A DNA stretch of 40,117 nt from Candidatus Gastranaerophilales bacterium (GTDB taxonomy: Bacteria > Cyanobacteriota > Vampirovibrionia > Gastranaerophilales > UBA9971). Shown one piece after another: positions 28,806-38,803 of the stretch. The DNA lies in NCBI GenBank assembly GCA_028278305.1, contig JANQEP010000008.1:1-40117 (forward strand). Reading direction: 5' to 3'. The notes beneath the pieces were generated by a model that saw nothing but the letters and a program-made list of their open reading frames with translations, was not told the DNA's origin and did not search any database. Each line of letters starts with the position of its first letter. The first letter of the stretch is position 1. Position numbers and translations under genes: made by a program.

Positions 28806-29459
28806 ATGAGTCCTAAAGAATCATTAGGTTTATTTGGCGAAAAATTAGGAATGACACAGATTTATGACGAAGAAGGTCTGGTAATTCCTGTTACAGTTAT
28901 TAAATTAGAAAAGATGATTGTCACTCAGGTTAAAACTGAGGACAAAGATGGTTATAACGCAATTCAGGTAGGCTTTTGTGAAGTTAAAAAAAGAAAACTT
29001 ACGAAAGCCGAATTAATGCATCTGGAAAATAATAAACTTCCTGCATTCAAGTATTTAAGGGAATTCAGGGTAAGCGACCCTTCAAAATACGAAACAGGTC
29101 AGGAAATAGACCTGGCTGAATTTGAAAACATAGAAAAAGTTGACGTAACAGCTAAATCTATAGGAAAAGGATTTCAAGGAACAGTAAAGCGTCATAACTT
29201 CGCAAGAGGTCCGATGTCTCATGGTTCAAAGAATCACAGGCTTCCCGGGTCTATAGGCGCAGGCACAACGCCAAGCAGGGTTTATAAAGGTAAAAAAATG
29301 GCGGGTAACATGGGAAATAAAAATGTTACCGTTAAAAAACTGAAGGTAGTAAAAATAGATAAGGACAAAAACTTAATCCTTATAAAAGGCTCAGTCCCTG
29401 GACCTGAAGGAAAGATAGTCGCAATCAGACCTTCAATAACAGTATGGAACTCACACTAA
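28806..29459 (+). CDS. rplC: 50S ribosomal protein L3
   Basis: KLGMTQI, PVTVI, DGYNAIQVG, SIGKGFQG.VKRHNF.RGPMSHGS. Confidence 0.98.
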   Translation: MSPKESLGLFGEKLGMTQIYDEEGLVIPVTVIKLEKMIVTQVKTEDKDGYNAIQVGFCEVKKRKLTKAELMHLENNKLPAFKYLREFRVSDPSKYETGQEIDLAEFENIEKVDVTAKSIGKGFQGTVKRHNFARGPMSHGSKNHRLPGSIGAGTTPSRVYKGKKMAGNMGNKNVTVKKLKVVKIDKDKNLILIKGSVPGPEGKIVAIRPSITVWNSH

Positions 29460-29588
29460 CCGGTTTAAAAGGATTTACAGAACACTTTAAAAGATAATTA
29501 AGTAATCAAATAGGAATAAAACCAATCATAGCTCCGGCTTAAAATACATTCGACGGTAAATATAATAAATACTCGAGGAAATCAAATA

Positions 29589-30224
29589 ATGACAAAGCAA
29601 TTAATGATACATAACAGCGACGGAAGCCAGTTAGGACCTATAGACATAGACGAAAATGTATTTGGTACAGAACCAAACGTTCACGTGATGCACCTTGCCT
29701 TAAAAAGACAATTAAGCAATGCCCGTCAGGGAAGCGCAAATACAAAAATCCGCTCAGAAGTCAGAGGGGGCGGTAAAAAACCCTGGAGACAAAAAGGAAC
29801 CGGTAGGGCAAGGGCAGGCAGCTTAAGAAGTCCGCTTTTTGCAGGCGGCGGTGTAATTTTTGGACCAAAGCCCAGGGATTTTAGTATATCAATGCCAGTA
29901 AAAGCAAGAAGACTTGCCTTAAGATCCGCTCTTTCCTCAAAAGCAGATAACATTAAAGTTATAAAAGATTTCTCAGCTATCAAAAACCCGAAGACAAAGG
30001 AATTTATTAAAGTCCTTGATTCAATTGAAGTAAGCGGTAAAACCCTTGTAATAGCAGACACAAACGCGGCTGAAAACCAGCATTTAAAACTTTCAGCAAG
30101 GAATATCCCGACAGTAAAGCTTATATTGCCGTCTAACATTAATGTAAAAGATATTCTCGAAGCAGACCAGATAGTTATGAGCGAATCTGCAATAAATGAA
30201 ATAACAGAGAGGTTAAAAAAATAA
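29589..30224 (+). CDS. rplD: 50S ribosomal protein L4
   Basis: RQG.A.TK.RSEVRGGG.KPWRQKGTGRARAGS.RSP. Confidence 0.98.
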   Translation: MTKQLMIHNSDGSQLGPIDIDENVFGTEPNVHVMHLALKRQLSNARQGSANTKIRSEVRGGGKKPWRQKGTGRARAGSLRSPLFAGGGVIFGPKPRDFSISMPVKARRLALRSALSSKADNIKVIKDFSAIKNPKTKEFIKVLDSIEVSGKTLVIADTNAAENQHLKLSARNIPTVKLILPSNINVKDILEADQIVMSESAINEITERLKK

Positions 30225-30533
30225 ATGAGCAGAAATAAAAATGAAACAGAATACTTATACCAGCTGATTAAAAGACCTCTTGTAACCGAGAAGTCAACAG
30301 GTCAGACAGCTTTAGGGCAATATTCCTTTGAAGTGGTAAAAGACGCAACTAAAGTGGATATAAAAAAGGCAATAGAACTTCTTTTCCCCGGAAGAAAGGT
30401 ATCAGAAGTAAGAACAGCTTACATGCCAGGTAAGCAGAAAAGGCGCGGATTAAAAACAGGTAGAACCCAGTCAGGTAAGAAAGCCATCGTAACCATACAG
30501 GGCGAACCTATTGAAGAATTAATAGGAGCATAA
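30225..30533 (+). CDS. rplW: 50S ribosomal protein L23
   Basis: [31 protein letters not shown]; synteny. Confidence 0.96.
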   Translation: MSRNKNETEYLYQLIKRPLVTEKSTGQTALGQYSFEVVKDATKVDIKKAIELLFPGRKVSEVRTAYMPGKQKRRGLKTGRTQSGKKAIVTIQGEPIEELIGA

Positions 30534-30538
30534 TAAAA

Positions 30539-31363
30539 ATGGGTAATCGTAAACTAAAACCAACAACACCCGGACAAAGATTCGTAATAATAACGGACTT
30601 TTCAGAACTAACAACGGATAAGCCTGAAAAGTCCCTGCTAAGGTCCATGAAAAATCATGCCGGCAGGAATAATTCCGGCAGAATTACCTGCCGTCATAAA
30701 GGCGGAGGGCATAAAAGGGCATACAGGGTCGTTGACTTTCACAGAGATAAAGTTAATATCGAAGGGATTGTAAAATCAATAGAGTATGACCCGAACAGAA
30801 ACGTAAGAATTTCCCTGGTCCATTATGTTGACGGGGAGAAAAGATACATACTCACTCCACAGGGTTTAAAAGTAGGATCAAGTATTCAAAGCGGTGCTGA
30901 AAGTGAGATAAAAGCAGGAAATGCAATGCCTCTGGATAATATTCCGCTTGGCACAATGGTGCATAATGTAGAGTTGGTACCGGGAAAAGGCGGTCAAATA
31001 TGCAGAAGCGCGGGTACCGGAGCACAGCTTATGGCAAAAGAAGGCGATTATATAACATTAAAACTTCCAAGCTCAGAGATGAGAATGGTACGCAGGGAAT
31101 GTTACGCCACAATAGGCGTGCTTGGTAATATTGACCATAAAAACCAGAAACTGGGCAAAGCCGGCAGAAAACGCTGGATGGGAATTAAACCGACAGTAAG
31201 AGGTTCTGTAATGAACCCCGTAGACCACCCGCACGGAGGAGGGGAAGGAAGAGCGCCTATAGGAGGAAGCCAACCTAAAACTCCCTGGGGTAAACCGGCT
31301 TTAGGTAAGAAAACAAGAAAAAGCAAATCATCTGATAAATTAATTGTCAGAAGACGTAAATAA
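30539..31363 (+). CDS. rplB: 50S ribosomal protein L2
   Basis: [40 protein letters not shown]. Confidence 0.99.
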   Translation: MGNRKLKPTTPGQRFVIITDFSELTTDKPEKSLLRSMKNHAGRNNSGRITCRHKGGGHKRAYRVVDFHRDKVNIEGIVKSIEYDPNRNVRISLVHYVDGEKRYILTPQGLKVGSSIQSGAESEIKAGNAMPLDNIPLGTMVHNVELVPGKGGQICRSAGTGAQLMAKEGDYITLKLPSSEMRMVRRECYATIGVLGNIDHKNQKLGKAGRKRWMGIKPTVRGSVMNPVDHPHGGGEGRAPIGGSQPKTPWGKPALGKKTRKSKSSDKLIVRRRK

Positions 31364-31376
31364 CAAGGAGTAATTA

Positions 31377-31658
31377 ATGTCTCGTTCACTAAAAAAAGGA
31401 CCATTTGTAGAAGAATCATTGATGAAAAAAATTGAGAAGATGAATGAATCAGGCGGTAAAAAAGTAGTAAAAACCTGGTCAAGAGCGTCAATGATTGTTC
31501 CTGACATGCTAAATCATACAATAGCAGTGCATAATGGAAAAACACATGTCCCTATTTATATAACAGAACAAATGATAGGACACAGGTTAGGCGAGTTTGC
31601 TCCGACACGTATGTTTCGTGGTCATGCAGGCTCTGATAAGAAGGCTAAAAGAGGTTAA
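31377..31658 (+). CDS. rpsS: 30S ribosomal protein S19
   Basis: [33 protein letters not shown]. Confidence 0.99.
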   Translation: MSRSLKKGPFVEESLMKKIEKMNESGGKKVVKTWSRASMIVPDMLNHTIAVHNGKTHVPIYITEQMIGHRLGEFAPTRMFRGHAGSDKKAKRG

Positions 31659-31663
31659 GTAAG

Positions 31664-31990
31664 ATGATGCAGGTAAATCAATCCGGGCAATCAGGCATTT
31701 CATTCGGCAGAGAAACTATTGAACAGCTTGTAGTTAAAGATAGCTTTAACGGAATAACACAAATTCCTTTTAAGCCAGGTATAGTTATCAACCCGGTTGG
31801 AGATGACAAATGTACAATTACAACACCTCCTTTTAAAATTGATAAATTACAAAAAGAAGAGGTATATGCTCAAGGTAGCAATAATTTTCTTATTGTTTAC
31901 CCAAATACAGATTCACAACTTCAAGGACCGCTTAGAAATGGACAATCCGTAAAAGTTAATGATGAAGGTAAATTTGAAGTAATCGCTTAA
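31664..31990 (+). CDS. Hypothetical protein inserted between rpsS and rplV
   Basis: 108-aa co-oriented ORF starting 5 nt after the rpsS stop; resembles no r-protein. Confidence 0.75.
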   Translation: MMQVNQSGQSGISFGRETIEQLVVKDSFNGITQIPFKPGIVINPVGDDKCTITTPPFKIDKLQKEEVYAQGSNNFLIVYPNTDSQLQGPLRNGQSVKVNDEGKFEVIA

Positions 31991-32020
31991 ACTAAACTTA
32001 AACTAAAAAGGAAAATAAAA

Positions 32021-32779
32021 ATGGAAGCAAAGTCAAAACAATCGAATATAAGAATGCCCGCAAGAAAGGTAAGAAGAGTCATTAACACAATCCGGGGAAA
32101 AAGTGTTAAAGACGCAAGCACCATGCTGAAATTCATGCCATATTTTGCGGCAAAAGTGGTGGAAAAAAACCTTAAATGCGCGGTTGCTAACGCATCTGAA
32201 AAACTAGGCGCAATTGAAGAAGAATTAATAGTATCAGAAATTTACGCGGACGACGGTCCGACATATAAAAGAGCAAAACCCCGGGCACAGGGACGTGTTT
32301 ACAGAATACACAAGCGTAACAGCCATCTGACAATAATAGTCAGGGTTTCGGAAGAGCTAAAAGAGAAATTAAAAGAGAAAAAGAAAAAAGCCGGAAAACC
32401 AAAAGCTAAAAAACAGGAAACAAAACCTGTAGAAACAACAGCTCAAGCAGCGGCTGACATTCCTGAAAATGAAGCAAAAACTGAAAAACAGGAAGTTATC
32501 GAACAGGAAGTGGTAATAGAAACCAAAGAAGCCGAAGTCCTGGAAGAGGCAAAACAGGAGCTGGAGCAGGGAATAACTCCCGACATAGAAACCCAGCCGG
32601 AAATTGAGTCACCGGTCGAGAGCGAAGCTGAAAAGGCGGAAACAGGAAAAAATATAAAAGTTGAAGCCGAGCAGCGTGAATCCCACACAGAAACATCCGA
32701 AACAGCTGAAGAAACTGAAAAAACAGAGCCTGAAACAGGTTCAGAAGCGACAGATAATCAGGAAGAAGAAAATAAATAG
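32021..32779 (+). CDS. rplV: 50S ribosomal protein L22 with long C-terminal extension
   Basis: IR..ARKVR.V...IRGK, A.ANA, D.GPT.KR..PRAQGR...I.KR.SH.TI in the first ~110 aa, then a K-rich and E/T-rich tail. Confidence 0.96.
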   Translation: MEAKSKQSNIRMPARKVRRVINTIRGKSVKDASTMLKFMPYFAAKVVEKNLKCAVANASEKLGAIEEELIVSEIYADDGPTYKRAKPRAQGRVYRIHKRNSHLTIIVRVSEELKEKLKEKKKKAGKPKAKKQETKPVETTAQAAADIPENEAKTEKQEVIEQEVVIETKEAEVLEEAKQELEQGITPDIETQPEIESPVESEAEKAETGKNIKVEAEQRESHTETSETAEETEKTEPETGSEATDNQEEENK

Positions 32780-32790
32780 GAGGTAACCCC

Positions 32791-33516
32791 TTGGGTCAAA
32801 AGACACACCCTACAGGATTCAGATTAGGAGTAATAAAAACCTGGTCAAGCAACTGGTACGCATCAAAGAAAAATTATGTAGACCTGCTTGAAGAGGATAT
32901 GAAAATCCGTAAATTCATAAAGAAAAAGCATAATTCTGCGGGTATAAGCAGGATATTAATAGATAGAAAAGCCCAGACAGTGATAATCTCGATAGTTGCG
33001 GCAAAGCCCGGGATTATTGTAGGCAGAGGCGGACAGGGTATTGATGCCTTAAGAAAGGAACTGTCAGGTTTTACATCAAAACGTGTCCAGATTGACATTC
33101 TGGAAGTAGCAAGAGTAGATATGGATGCCCAGCTGGTATCCGAGTTCATAGCCCAACAGCTCGAAAAACGTGTTGCATTCAGAAGAGCAATGAAACAGGC
33201 TATTCAAAGAGCAATGAGATCAGGATCCCAGGGAATCAAGGTTTCTGTATCAGGACGTCTGGGCGGTACTGAAATTGCCAGAACAGAATGGGCAAAGGAA
33301 GGAAGAATTCCCCTTCAGACGATAAGAGCAGATGTAGACTACGGATTTGCCGAAGCCGACACAATAATGGGAATTATAGGGGTAAAAGTCTGGATATTTA
33401 AAAATGAAATATTACCCGGTGAAAAAATAGACCAGAACATAAAAGCAAAAACATCGCCTGAAGCCGAAGGCGGACATGCAAGAAGAGGAAGAGGCAGACA
33501 GCCCAAGGCTCAGTAA
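32791..33516 (+). CDS. rpsC: 30S ribosomal protein S3
   Basis: MGQKTHP.GFRLG, PG.IVGRGG, SGRLGG.EIARTEW..EGR.PL.T.RA; TTG start with a GGAGG RBS. Confidence 0.99.
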   Translation: MGQKTHPTGFRLGVIKTWSSNWYASKKNYVDLLEEDMKIRKFIKKKHNSAGISRILIDRKAQTVIISIVAAKPGIIVGRGGQGIDALRKELSGFTSKRVQIDILEVARVDMDAQLVSEFIAQQLEKRVAFRRAMKQAIQRAMRSGSQGIKVSVSGRLGGTEIARTEWAKEGRIPLQTIRADVDYGFAEADTIMGIIGVKVWIFKNEILPGEKIDQNIKAKTSPEAEGGHARRGRGRQPKAQ

Positions 33517-33541
33517 ATAAATTAATTAGGAGCAAGTAACA

Positions 33542-33949
33542 ATGTTAATGCCAAAAAGAACAAAATATAGAAAACAACAACGAGGCAGGATGAAAGGCAC
33601 AGAAACCAGAGGTACTGTAGTCCAGTACGGGGATTACGGTCTTCAATCCTTAGAACCCTGCTGGGTAAACAGCAGGCAAATTGAAGCTGCCAGAAGGGCT
33701 ATGACCCGTAGCATCAAAAGGGGCGGTAAAGTCTGGATTAAAATTTTCCCGGATAAGATAATTACCGCAAAACCTGCTGAAACCAGGATGGGTAAAGGTA
33801 AAGGCAATCCTGAATACTGGGTAGCTGTGGTAAAACCGGGAAGAGTTATGTTTGAGCTCGCCGGAGTTGAGAGAGATGTTGCAGTAAGAGCACTTGAACT
33901 GGCTGCACAAAAGCTTCCCAACAAAGTCAAAATCATTGAAAGACAATAA
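33542..33949 (+). CDS. rplP: 50S ribosomal protein L16
   Basis: [39 protein letters not shown]. Confidence 0.99.
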   Translation: MLMPKRTKYRKQQRGRMKGTETRGTVVQYGDYGLQSLEPCWVNSRQIEAARRAMTRSIKRGGKVWIKIFPDKIITAKPAETRMGKGKGNPEYWVAVVKPGRVMFELAGVERDVAVRALELAAQKLPNKVKIIERQ

Positions 33950-33969
33950 TATAAAAATGGTGATAAAAA

Positions 33970-34212
33970 ATGAAAACCAGTGAAATCAGAGAACAAACGG
34001 TTGATGAGCTTAAAGATAAAGTTACTTCCTTAAGAAAGGAACTTTTTGACCTGAAAATCCAAAAAGCGACTTTCAAGCTGGAAAACGTGGCTGAAATCCG
34101 CAAAAAAAGAAAATTAATTGCAAAAATCAAAACCGTTATTAGTGAAAAAAACCATCCCGGGCACAATGAAGGGTCTTCCGGGGTTCATACAGATTCTTCA
34201 GCTTCAGAATAG
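33970..34212 (+). CDS. rpmC: 50S ribosomal protein L29 with short polar tail
   Basis: E.R..T..EL......L.KELF.L..Q.A...LEN...I...RK.IA.IKT; synteny. Confidence 0.93.
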   Translation: MKTSEIREQTVDELKDKVTSLRKELFDLKIQKATFKLENVAEIRKKRKLIAKIKTVISEKNHPGHNEGSSGVHTDSSASE

Positions 34213-34243
34213 CAGATGAGATAATAACCCGAGGGAAAATAAA

Positions 34244-34489
34244 ATGCCAAAAAAGGAAAAAATAGGACAGGTAGTAAGCACAAAAGCTGATAAAACAGTT
34301 GTGGTGGAAATTCCGGATTATAAACCGCATCCTAAGTACAAAAAAATTATGTGCACAACAAAAAAATACAAGGCGCATAATGAAGGAATAGACTGTGCAG
34401 AAGGCGATGAAGTTAAATTGATAGAAAACAGACCGGTAAGTAAGACAAAACTATGGAAAGTTGTTGAGATTACCAAGAAAGCAACATAG
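34244..34489 (+). CDS. rpsQ: 30S ribosomal protein S17
   Basis: G.VVS.K.DKTVVV, HPKY.K....KKYKAH, GD.V...E.RP.SKTK.W. Confidence 0.97.
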   Translation: MPKKEKIGQVVSTKADKTVVVEIPDYKPHPKYKKIMCTTKKYKAHNEGIDCAEGDEVKLIENRPVSKTKLWKVVEITKKAT

Positions 34490-34588
34490 ATTTGCCATAT
34501 TTAATCCAAAATTTGCTTGTGATAGAATCAAAGCACAAAAACAAAAAGACAAAATAAAAGAATAATCCTAGAAATAAGGACTGAAAAA

Positions 34589-34957
34589 ATGATACAACAG
34601 GAATCAAGACTAAGAGTAGCGGATAATACAGGGGCAAAAGAACTTCTGGTAATAAGGGTTCTTGGAAGCTCCAATAAGCAATATGCAGGAATCGGTGATA
34701 TTGTAGTTGCGACGGTAAAAGAAGCAGCGCCGAATATGCCGGTTAAAAAATCGGATGTAGTAAGGGCAGTCCTGGTCCGTACGGCTCATACAAAGAAAAG
34801 ACCGGACGGCACAAATATCAGGTTTGATGACAATGCGGCAGTTATTATAAATAAAGAAGGAAACCCTCTTGGAACACGTATTTTCGGTCCGGTAGCCAGG
34901 GAACTTCGTGAAAAAGGGTACATGAAAATTATTTCACTTGCTCCGGAAGTGATTTAG
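34589..34957 (+). CDS. rplN: 50S ribosomal protein L14
   Basis: [42 protein letters not shown]. Confidence 0.99.
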   Translation: MIQQESRLRVADNTGAKELLVIRVLGSSNKQYAGIGDIVVATVKEAAPNMPVKKSDVVRAVLVRTAHTKKRPDGTNIRFDDNAAVIINKEGNPLGTRIFGPVARELREKGYMKIISLAPEVI

Positions 34958-34970
34958 GAGAGTAAATAAA

Positions 34971-35330
34971 ATGAAAAGAACAATGAAAACCACCAAGATA
35001 AAAGGAAATAAACTCCACATAAAAAGCGGTGACAGGGTAGTAGTGACTTCCGGTAAGGATAAAGGAAAAATCGGTAATATAAAAAAATCCCTGCCTGCAA
35101 GAAACCAGGTCATTATAGAAGATGTCAATATAATTACTAAAGCAATGAAAGCCAATCCAATGGCGAATTTCCAGGGCGGCTTGATTAAAATGGAAGCCCC
35201 GATTGACTCTTCCAACGTGATGCTATACTGCCAGAAATGCGAAAAAGCAACAAGAATAAGCTTTAAAGTCCTGGAAGACGGCACAAAAACAAGAGTCTGC
35301 AAAAAATGTGATGAGCAGTTTGATACATAA
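34971..35330 (+). CDS. rplX: 50S ribosomal protein L24
   Basis: IK.GD.V.V.SGKDKGK.G, EAPI..SNV, two CxxC pairs. Confidence 0.97.
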   Translation: MKRTMKTTKIKGNKLHIKSGDRVVVTSGKDKGKIGNIKKSLPARNQVIIEDVNIITKAMKANPMANFQGGLIKMEAPIDSSNVMLYCQKCEKATRISFKVLEDGTKTRVCKKCDEQFDT

Positions 35331-35442
35331 ATAAACCAATACAATTTGATAACAAAATTTGACAAATAATATATAAAAATTTAAAAATCATCAACAAATA
35401 CTATAAAAAAGATTAAACAAAGACAAAGAGGTATAAATTAAA

Positions 35443-36006
35443 ATGCCAGAAACCAAAAAAATGAAAAAAAAATACCAGGAAGATGCAATTCCTGCACTTA
35501 AAGAGAAGTTCGGCTATAAAAATATACACGAAATCCCAAAACTGGAAAAAGTTGTTGTTAATATGGGACTGGGCGAGGCAGTACAAAACGTAAAGATACT
35601 GGATTCCGCGGTTAGCGAACTCGCTAAAATAACCGGACAAAAACCCATTGTTAACAGGGCAAAAAAATCAATCGCAACATACAAGCTTAGAAAAGGAATG
35701 CCTGTAGGTACAAACGTAACCCTGCGACAGGAAAGAATGTATGATTTTCTTCAAAAACTCATTTGCATAGTCCTCCCCAGAATCAGGGACTTCAGAGGTG
35801 TAAACGACAAGAGTTTTGACGGAAGGGGAAATTATTCCCTGGGACTGAAAGAACAGATCCTGTTTCCCGAGATCAAATACGATGACGTGGAAACAGTTAA
35901 GGGAATGGATATATCAATAGTAACAACAGCCAAAACTGATGAAGAGGCAAAAGCTCTTCTCTCAGAACTTGGTATGCCGTTTAGAAAAAGACAGGCACAG
36001 GCTTAA
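35443..36006 (+). CDS. rplE: 50S ribosomal protein L5
   Basis: [38 protein letters not shown]. Confidence 0.99.
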   Translation: MPETKKMKKKYQEDAIPALKEKFGYKNIHEIPKLEKVVVNMGLGEAVQNVKILDSAVSELAKITGQKPIVNRAKKSIATYKLRKGMPVGTNVTLRQERMYDFLQKLICIVLPRIRDFRGVNDKSFDGRGNYSLGLKEQILFPEIKYDDVETVKGMDISIVTTAKTDEEAKALLSELGMPFRKRQAQA

Positions 36007-36030
36007 GAACAATAAAGAAGGAGAAGACAA

Positions 36031-36237
36031 TTGGCTAAAAAGTCAATGATAGTAAAGGAAAGAAGAAGAGAAAAGCTGGCTGCAGCGGGTAAATACCCTA
36101 AAGTAAGACTGCACAACAGATGCCGGGTATGCGGAAGACCAAAAGGCTATCACAGGGATTTTGGACTTTGCAGAATACACTTAAGAGAGTTTGCTCTCAG
36201 GGGTTTATTGCCGGGCGTAACAAAATCCAGCTGGTAA
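36031..36237 (+). CDS. rpsN: 30S ribosomal protein S14, short zinc-binding type
   Basis: MAKKS..., RC..CGR......FGLCRIH.RE.A..G.LPG..K.SW; TTG start. Confidence 0.96.
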   Translation: MAKKSMIVKERRREKLAAAGKYPKVRLHNRCRVCGRPKGYHRDFGLCRIHLREFALRGLLPGVTKSSW

Positions 36238-36276
36238 TTTTATATAGAAAGGTAAAATAAAGAGGAAAACCTGATA

Positions 36277-36672
36277 ATGTATACAGACCCAATAGCTGAT
36301 ATGCTGACACGTATAAGAAATGCCGGAGGCGCAAGTCACGAGAGTGTTGAAATACCTTCATCAAAACTAAAAGTGGAACTTGCAAAGGTTTTAAAAGAAG
36401 AAGGATACATAACTGACTATAAAGTCAGGGAAGAAGGGAAATTCAAAATTCTCACCATCGGTGTAAAATACGAGTCGGAAAAACAGCCGGTAATAAGAAA
36501 AATTCAAAGAGTAAGCAAACCGGGCTTAAGAGTCTATAAAAAATCTAAAAACCTGCCTAAAGTGCTTGGCGGGCTGGGAATATCCATAGTCAGCACAAAT
36601 AAAGGACTCTTGACAGACAGAAAAGCAAGAAAAGAAAAAGTCGGGGGAGAAATCCTCTGCAATGTATGGTAA
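36277..36672 (+). CDS. rpsH: 30S ribosomal protein S8
   Basis: [38 protein letters not shown]. Confidence 0.99.
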   Translation: MYTDPIADMLTRIRNAGGASHESVEIPSSKLKVELAKVLKEEGYITDYKVREEGKFKILTIGVKYESEKQPVIRKIQRVSKPGLRVYKKSKNLPKVLGGLGISIVSTNKGLLTDRKARKEKVGGEILCNVW

Positions 36673-36705
36673 TTAAGTTTAACTGAAAAATGGAGACTGA
36701 TTAAA

Positions 36706-37242
36706 ATGTCCAGGATAGGCGTAGCTCCTGTTGAAATACCGGATAAAGTAAATGTAGAAATCCAGGATAACCTGATAAAAGCTTCAGGACCCCTGGGAGA
36801 GCTGGAAATAAGACTTCAGCCCGTAATAAAAGTAGAAAAGGAAAATAACAGGCTCGTGGTTAAAAAAGTGAATGACGAGAGAAAAACAAGGGCTCTTCAC
36901 GGTTTAAGCAGGACTCTTGTTTATAATATAGTTAACGGGGTAAGCAAGGGGTTTGAAAAAAGGCTTGAAATCCAGGGAGTCGGCTATAAAGCGGCTCTTG
37001 AAGGCAAGAATTTAAACCTTTCCCTGGGTTATAGTCATCCTGTGAAAATTGAACCTCCGCAGGGGATTGAGCTTAAGGTTGAGGGCAACAATAAAATCAT
37101 AGTTTCCGGCGCTGATAAACAGCTTGTAGGTGATATTGCGGCTTTAATACGCGGTAAAAGACCTCCTGAAGTTTATAAAGGCAAAGGTATCAGGTATGAA
37201 GGCGAATATGTACGCAAAAAAGCAGGTAAAGCCGGTAAATAA
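36706..37242 (+). CDS. rplF: 50S ribosomal protein L6
   Basis: MSRIG..P, GVGY.A, LGYSHP, RPPE.YKGKGIRY. Confidence 0.99.
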   Translation: MSRIGVAPVEIPDKVNVEIQDNLIKASGPLGELEIRLQPVIKVEKENNRLVVKKVNDERKTRALHGLSRTLVYNIVNGVSKGFEKRLEIQGVGYKAALEGKNLNLSLGYSHPVKIEPPQGIELKVEGNNKIIVSGADKQLVGDIAALIRGKRPPEVYKGKGIRYEGEYVRKKAGKAGK

Positions 37243-37285
37243 TTCTTAATGGTAAAAACAGAAATAATAACCCAGGTGAGATAAA

Positions 37286-37654
37286 ATGATCAAGAAAAAA
37301 ATAAAAAAAATCGATACACAAAAAAGGCACAGAAAAATAAGGGTAAACCTTAGCGGGACGTCGGAAAGACCGAGGCTTGCGGTTTTCAGGAGCAACAAGC
37401 ACATTTATGCCCAGCTTATTGATGATACACAGGGTAAGACATTAGCTTCTGCCGGGTCAGTAGAGGGTTCTTTAAAAGAACAGCTGAGCCATGGCGGAAA
37501 TATTAAGGCTTCAAAGGAAATCGGCAAGTTAATTGCTGAGAGGGCAAAAGAAAAAGGCATTAAAAAAGTTGTGTTTGACAGGGGCGGAAACCTCTATCAT
37601 GGCAGGATAGCCGAGCTTGCGGACGCTGCCCGTGAGAATGGGCTGGAATTCTAG
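37286..37654 (+). CDS. rplR: 50S ribosomal protein L18
   Basis: [32 protein letters not shown]...LADAARE.GL.F. Confidence 0.99.
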   Translation: MIKKKIKKIDTQKRHRKIRVNLSGTSERPRLAVFRSNKHIYAQLIDDTQGKTLASAGSVEGSLKEQLSHGGNIKASKEIGKLIAERAKEKGIKKVVFDRGGNLYHGRIAELADAARENGLEF

Positions 37655-37677
37655 GAGCCCGTTTTTGAAAAGATAAG

Positions 37678-37716
37678 CAAAAAGTAGGGTGCGCACCCTA
37701 CTTTTTGTTGTTTACT
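37678..37716. repeat. Perfect 30-bp GTAG palindrome (family B) plus junction motif copy 1; may also act as a terminator
   Basis: CAAAAAGTAGGGTGC|GCACCCTACTTTTTG (37678-37707) followed by TTGTTTACT. Confidence 0.85.
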
Positions 37717-37918
37717 CTCTTTCAAATTTTATTTTATAGTTTAAAGCCTTGACTATTATTTCTAATTCATTCAAATTTACAGTGCCTTTTTTTAATTTAG
37801 ACGATAAATTTTGTACACTGTATGGTTTATCTTTTGCTTTAGAAATCTTTTCCGCTAAAAATGTCAATGTTACAGCATTATCCAATGCTAATTTTCTTAT
37901 TTCATTACCTAAACTCAT
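37712..37918 (-). CDS. Small Cro/XRE-like HTH protein (paralogue 1)
   Basis: 68 aa, colinear with 38086-38292: T.T.LAEK.SK.....Y..Q..S.KL...T..L.E...I...L.Y.I.F. Confidence 0.8.
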   Translation of the reverse strand: MSLGNEIRKLALDNAVTLTFLAEKISKAKDKPYSVQNLSSKLKKGTVNLNELEIIVKALNYKIKFERE

Positions 37919-37928
37919 TATTTAAAAA

Positions 37929-38033
37929 TAAACTATATGTTAAAAAATTAAAATATAGTTTAGCTAAATCTTGACTATCTTAAACTAATAATTTAAAATT
38001 AAAGTATTAGTTTATAAATATTAACAAAAGGAG
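37929..38033 (+). promoter_or_regulatory. Consensus promoter with twin palindromic operators and RBS
   Basis: TTGACT(37971)-17 bp-TAAAAT(37994); two 10-14-10 palindromes at 37929-37962 and 37981-38014, both TAAACTA...TAGTTTA; AAAAGGAG RBS. Confidence 0.75.
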
Positions 38034-38039
38034 TTTAAA

Positions 38040-38099
38040 ATGAGTAAAGAGGGAGTTTTCAGATGCGCAACCCGCAGTTTGTCGTTTACTTTTTTATAA
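38040..38099 (+). pseudogene. 19-codon ORF MSKEGVFRCATRSLSFTFL, a probable stub of a lost divergent gene
   Basis: Strong promoter and RBS, but the frame runs at once into repeat-derived sequence and stops. Confidence 0.45.
38064..38090. repeat. Degenerate family B palindrome plus junction motif copy 2
   Basis: TGCGCAACCCGCAGTTTGTCGTTTACT. Confidence 0.7.
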
Positions 38100-38292
38100 A
38101 TTCAATATTATAATCTAATATTTCTGCTATTAGAAAAGCTTCCTTTAAGGTCAAAGTTTCTCTTCTCAATTTGTGAGAGATACTTTGAAAAGTATATTTT
38201 TCATTAGTTTTTTTTGACAACTTTTCTGCCAGCTTGGTTATAGTCATACCCTCCTGAGCCAGTAGTGATTTTATTTTGTTTCTAATATTCAT
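38086..38292 (-). CDS. Small Cro/XRE-like HTH protein (paralogue 2)
   Basis: 68 aa, aligns without gaps to 37712-37918. Confidence 0.8.
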   Translation of the reverse strand: MNIRNKIKSLLAQEGMTITKLAEKLSKKTNEKYTFQSISHKLRRETLTLKEAFLIAEILDYNIEFIKK

Positions 38293-38467
38293 AATTAACT
38301 CAAAAACAAGCTTAATAATTCTTTATTTTAAGAAAATTGAATTATCAGAGTAAAATACTTTATGTTATCATCCTTTAAGAAATTAAAACCTCCTATTGTG
38401 GAGGATTAAATTAAAATAAAATGCATATTGCACACCCAATTAATCAAAGAAAGGCAAAAAATTTTTT

Positions 38468-38803
38468 ATGGATAAAACGGAACAGCCAATGATAAACCCG
38501 GATGCAGCAATATTTCCAATAAGTGTAATTGCGGATATCCTCGAGGTTCACCAGAGGACGCTCAGGATTTATGATGATGAAAACATCCTGGTTCCAAGCA
38601 GGTCAAGCAGGAATAGACGGCTTTACTCCTTTAATGACCTGGAAAAAGGAAAGTTCATAAAGCATTTAACTCGAAACCTGGGGGTTAATCTTGCAGGAGT
38701 GAAAATAGCCCTTGTTCTGCTTAAAGAAGCGGGACTTTCTCCTGAGAGCTACACTGAAAAGGTAAATGACATAGTTGCACAATATAAAGTAGAAAATCTG
38801 TAG
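38468..38803 (+). CDS. MerR-family (HspR-like) transcriptional regulator
   Basis: FPIS..A.IL.VH.RTLR.YD...IL.P.RS..NRRLYS..DL.....I..L....GVNLAGVK. Confidence 0.9.
   Translation: MDKTEQPMINPDAAIFPISVIADILEVHQRTLRIYDDENILVPSRSSRNRRLYSFNDLEKGKFIKHLTRNLGVNLAGVKIALVLLKEAGLSPESYTEKVNDIVAQYKVENL

Noticed and set aside
137-37402. Numerous 60-150 aa ORFs overlapping or antisense to long genes (e.g. 137-382, 2996-3298, 15198-15656, 29726-30139, 31102-31545)
   Set aside because: Shadow ORFs of well-supported CDSs, with no motifs or RBS.
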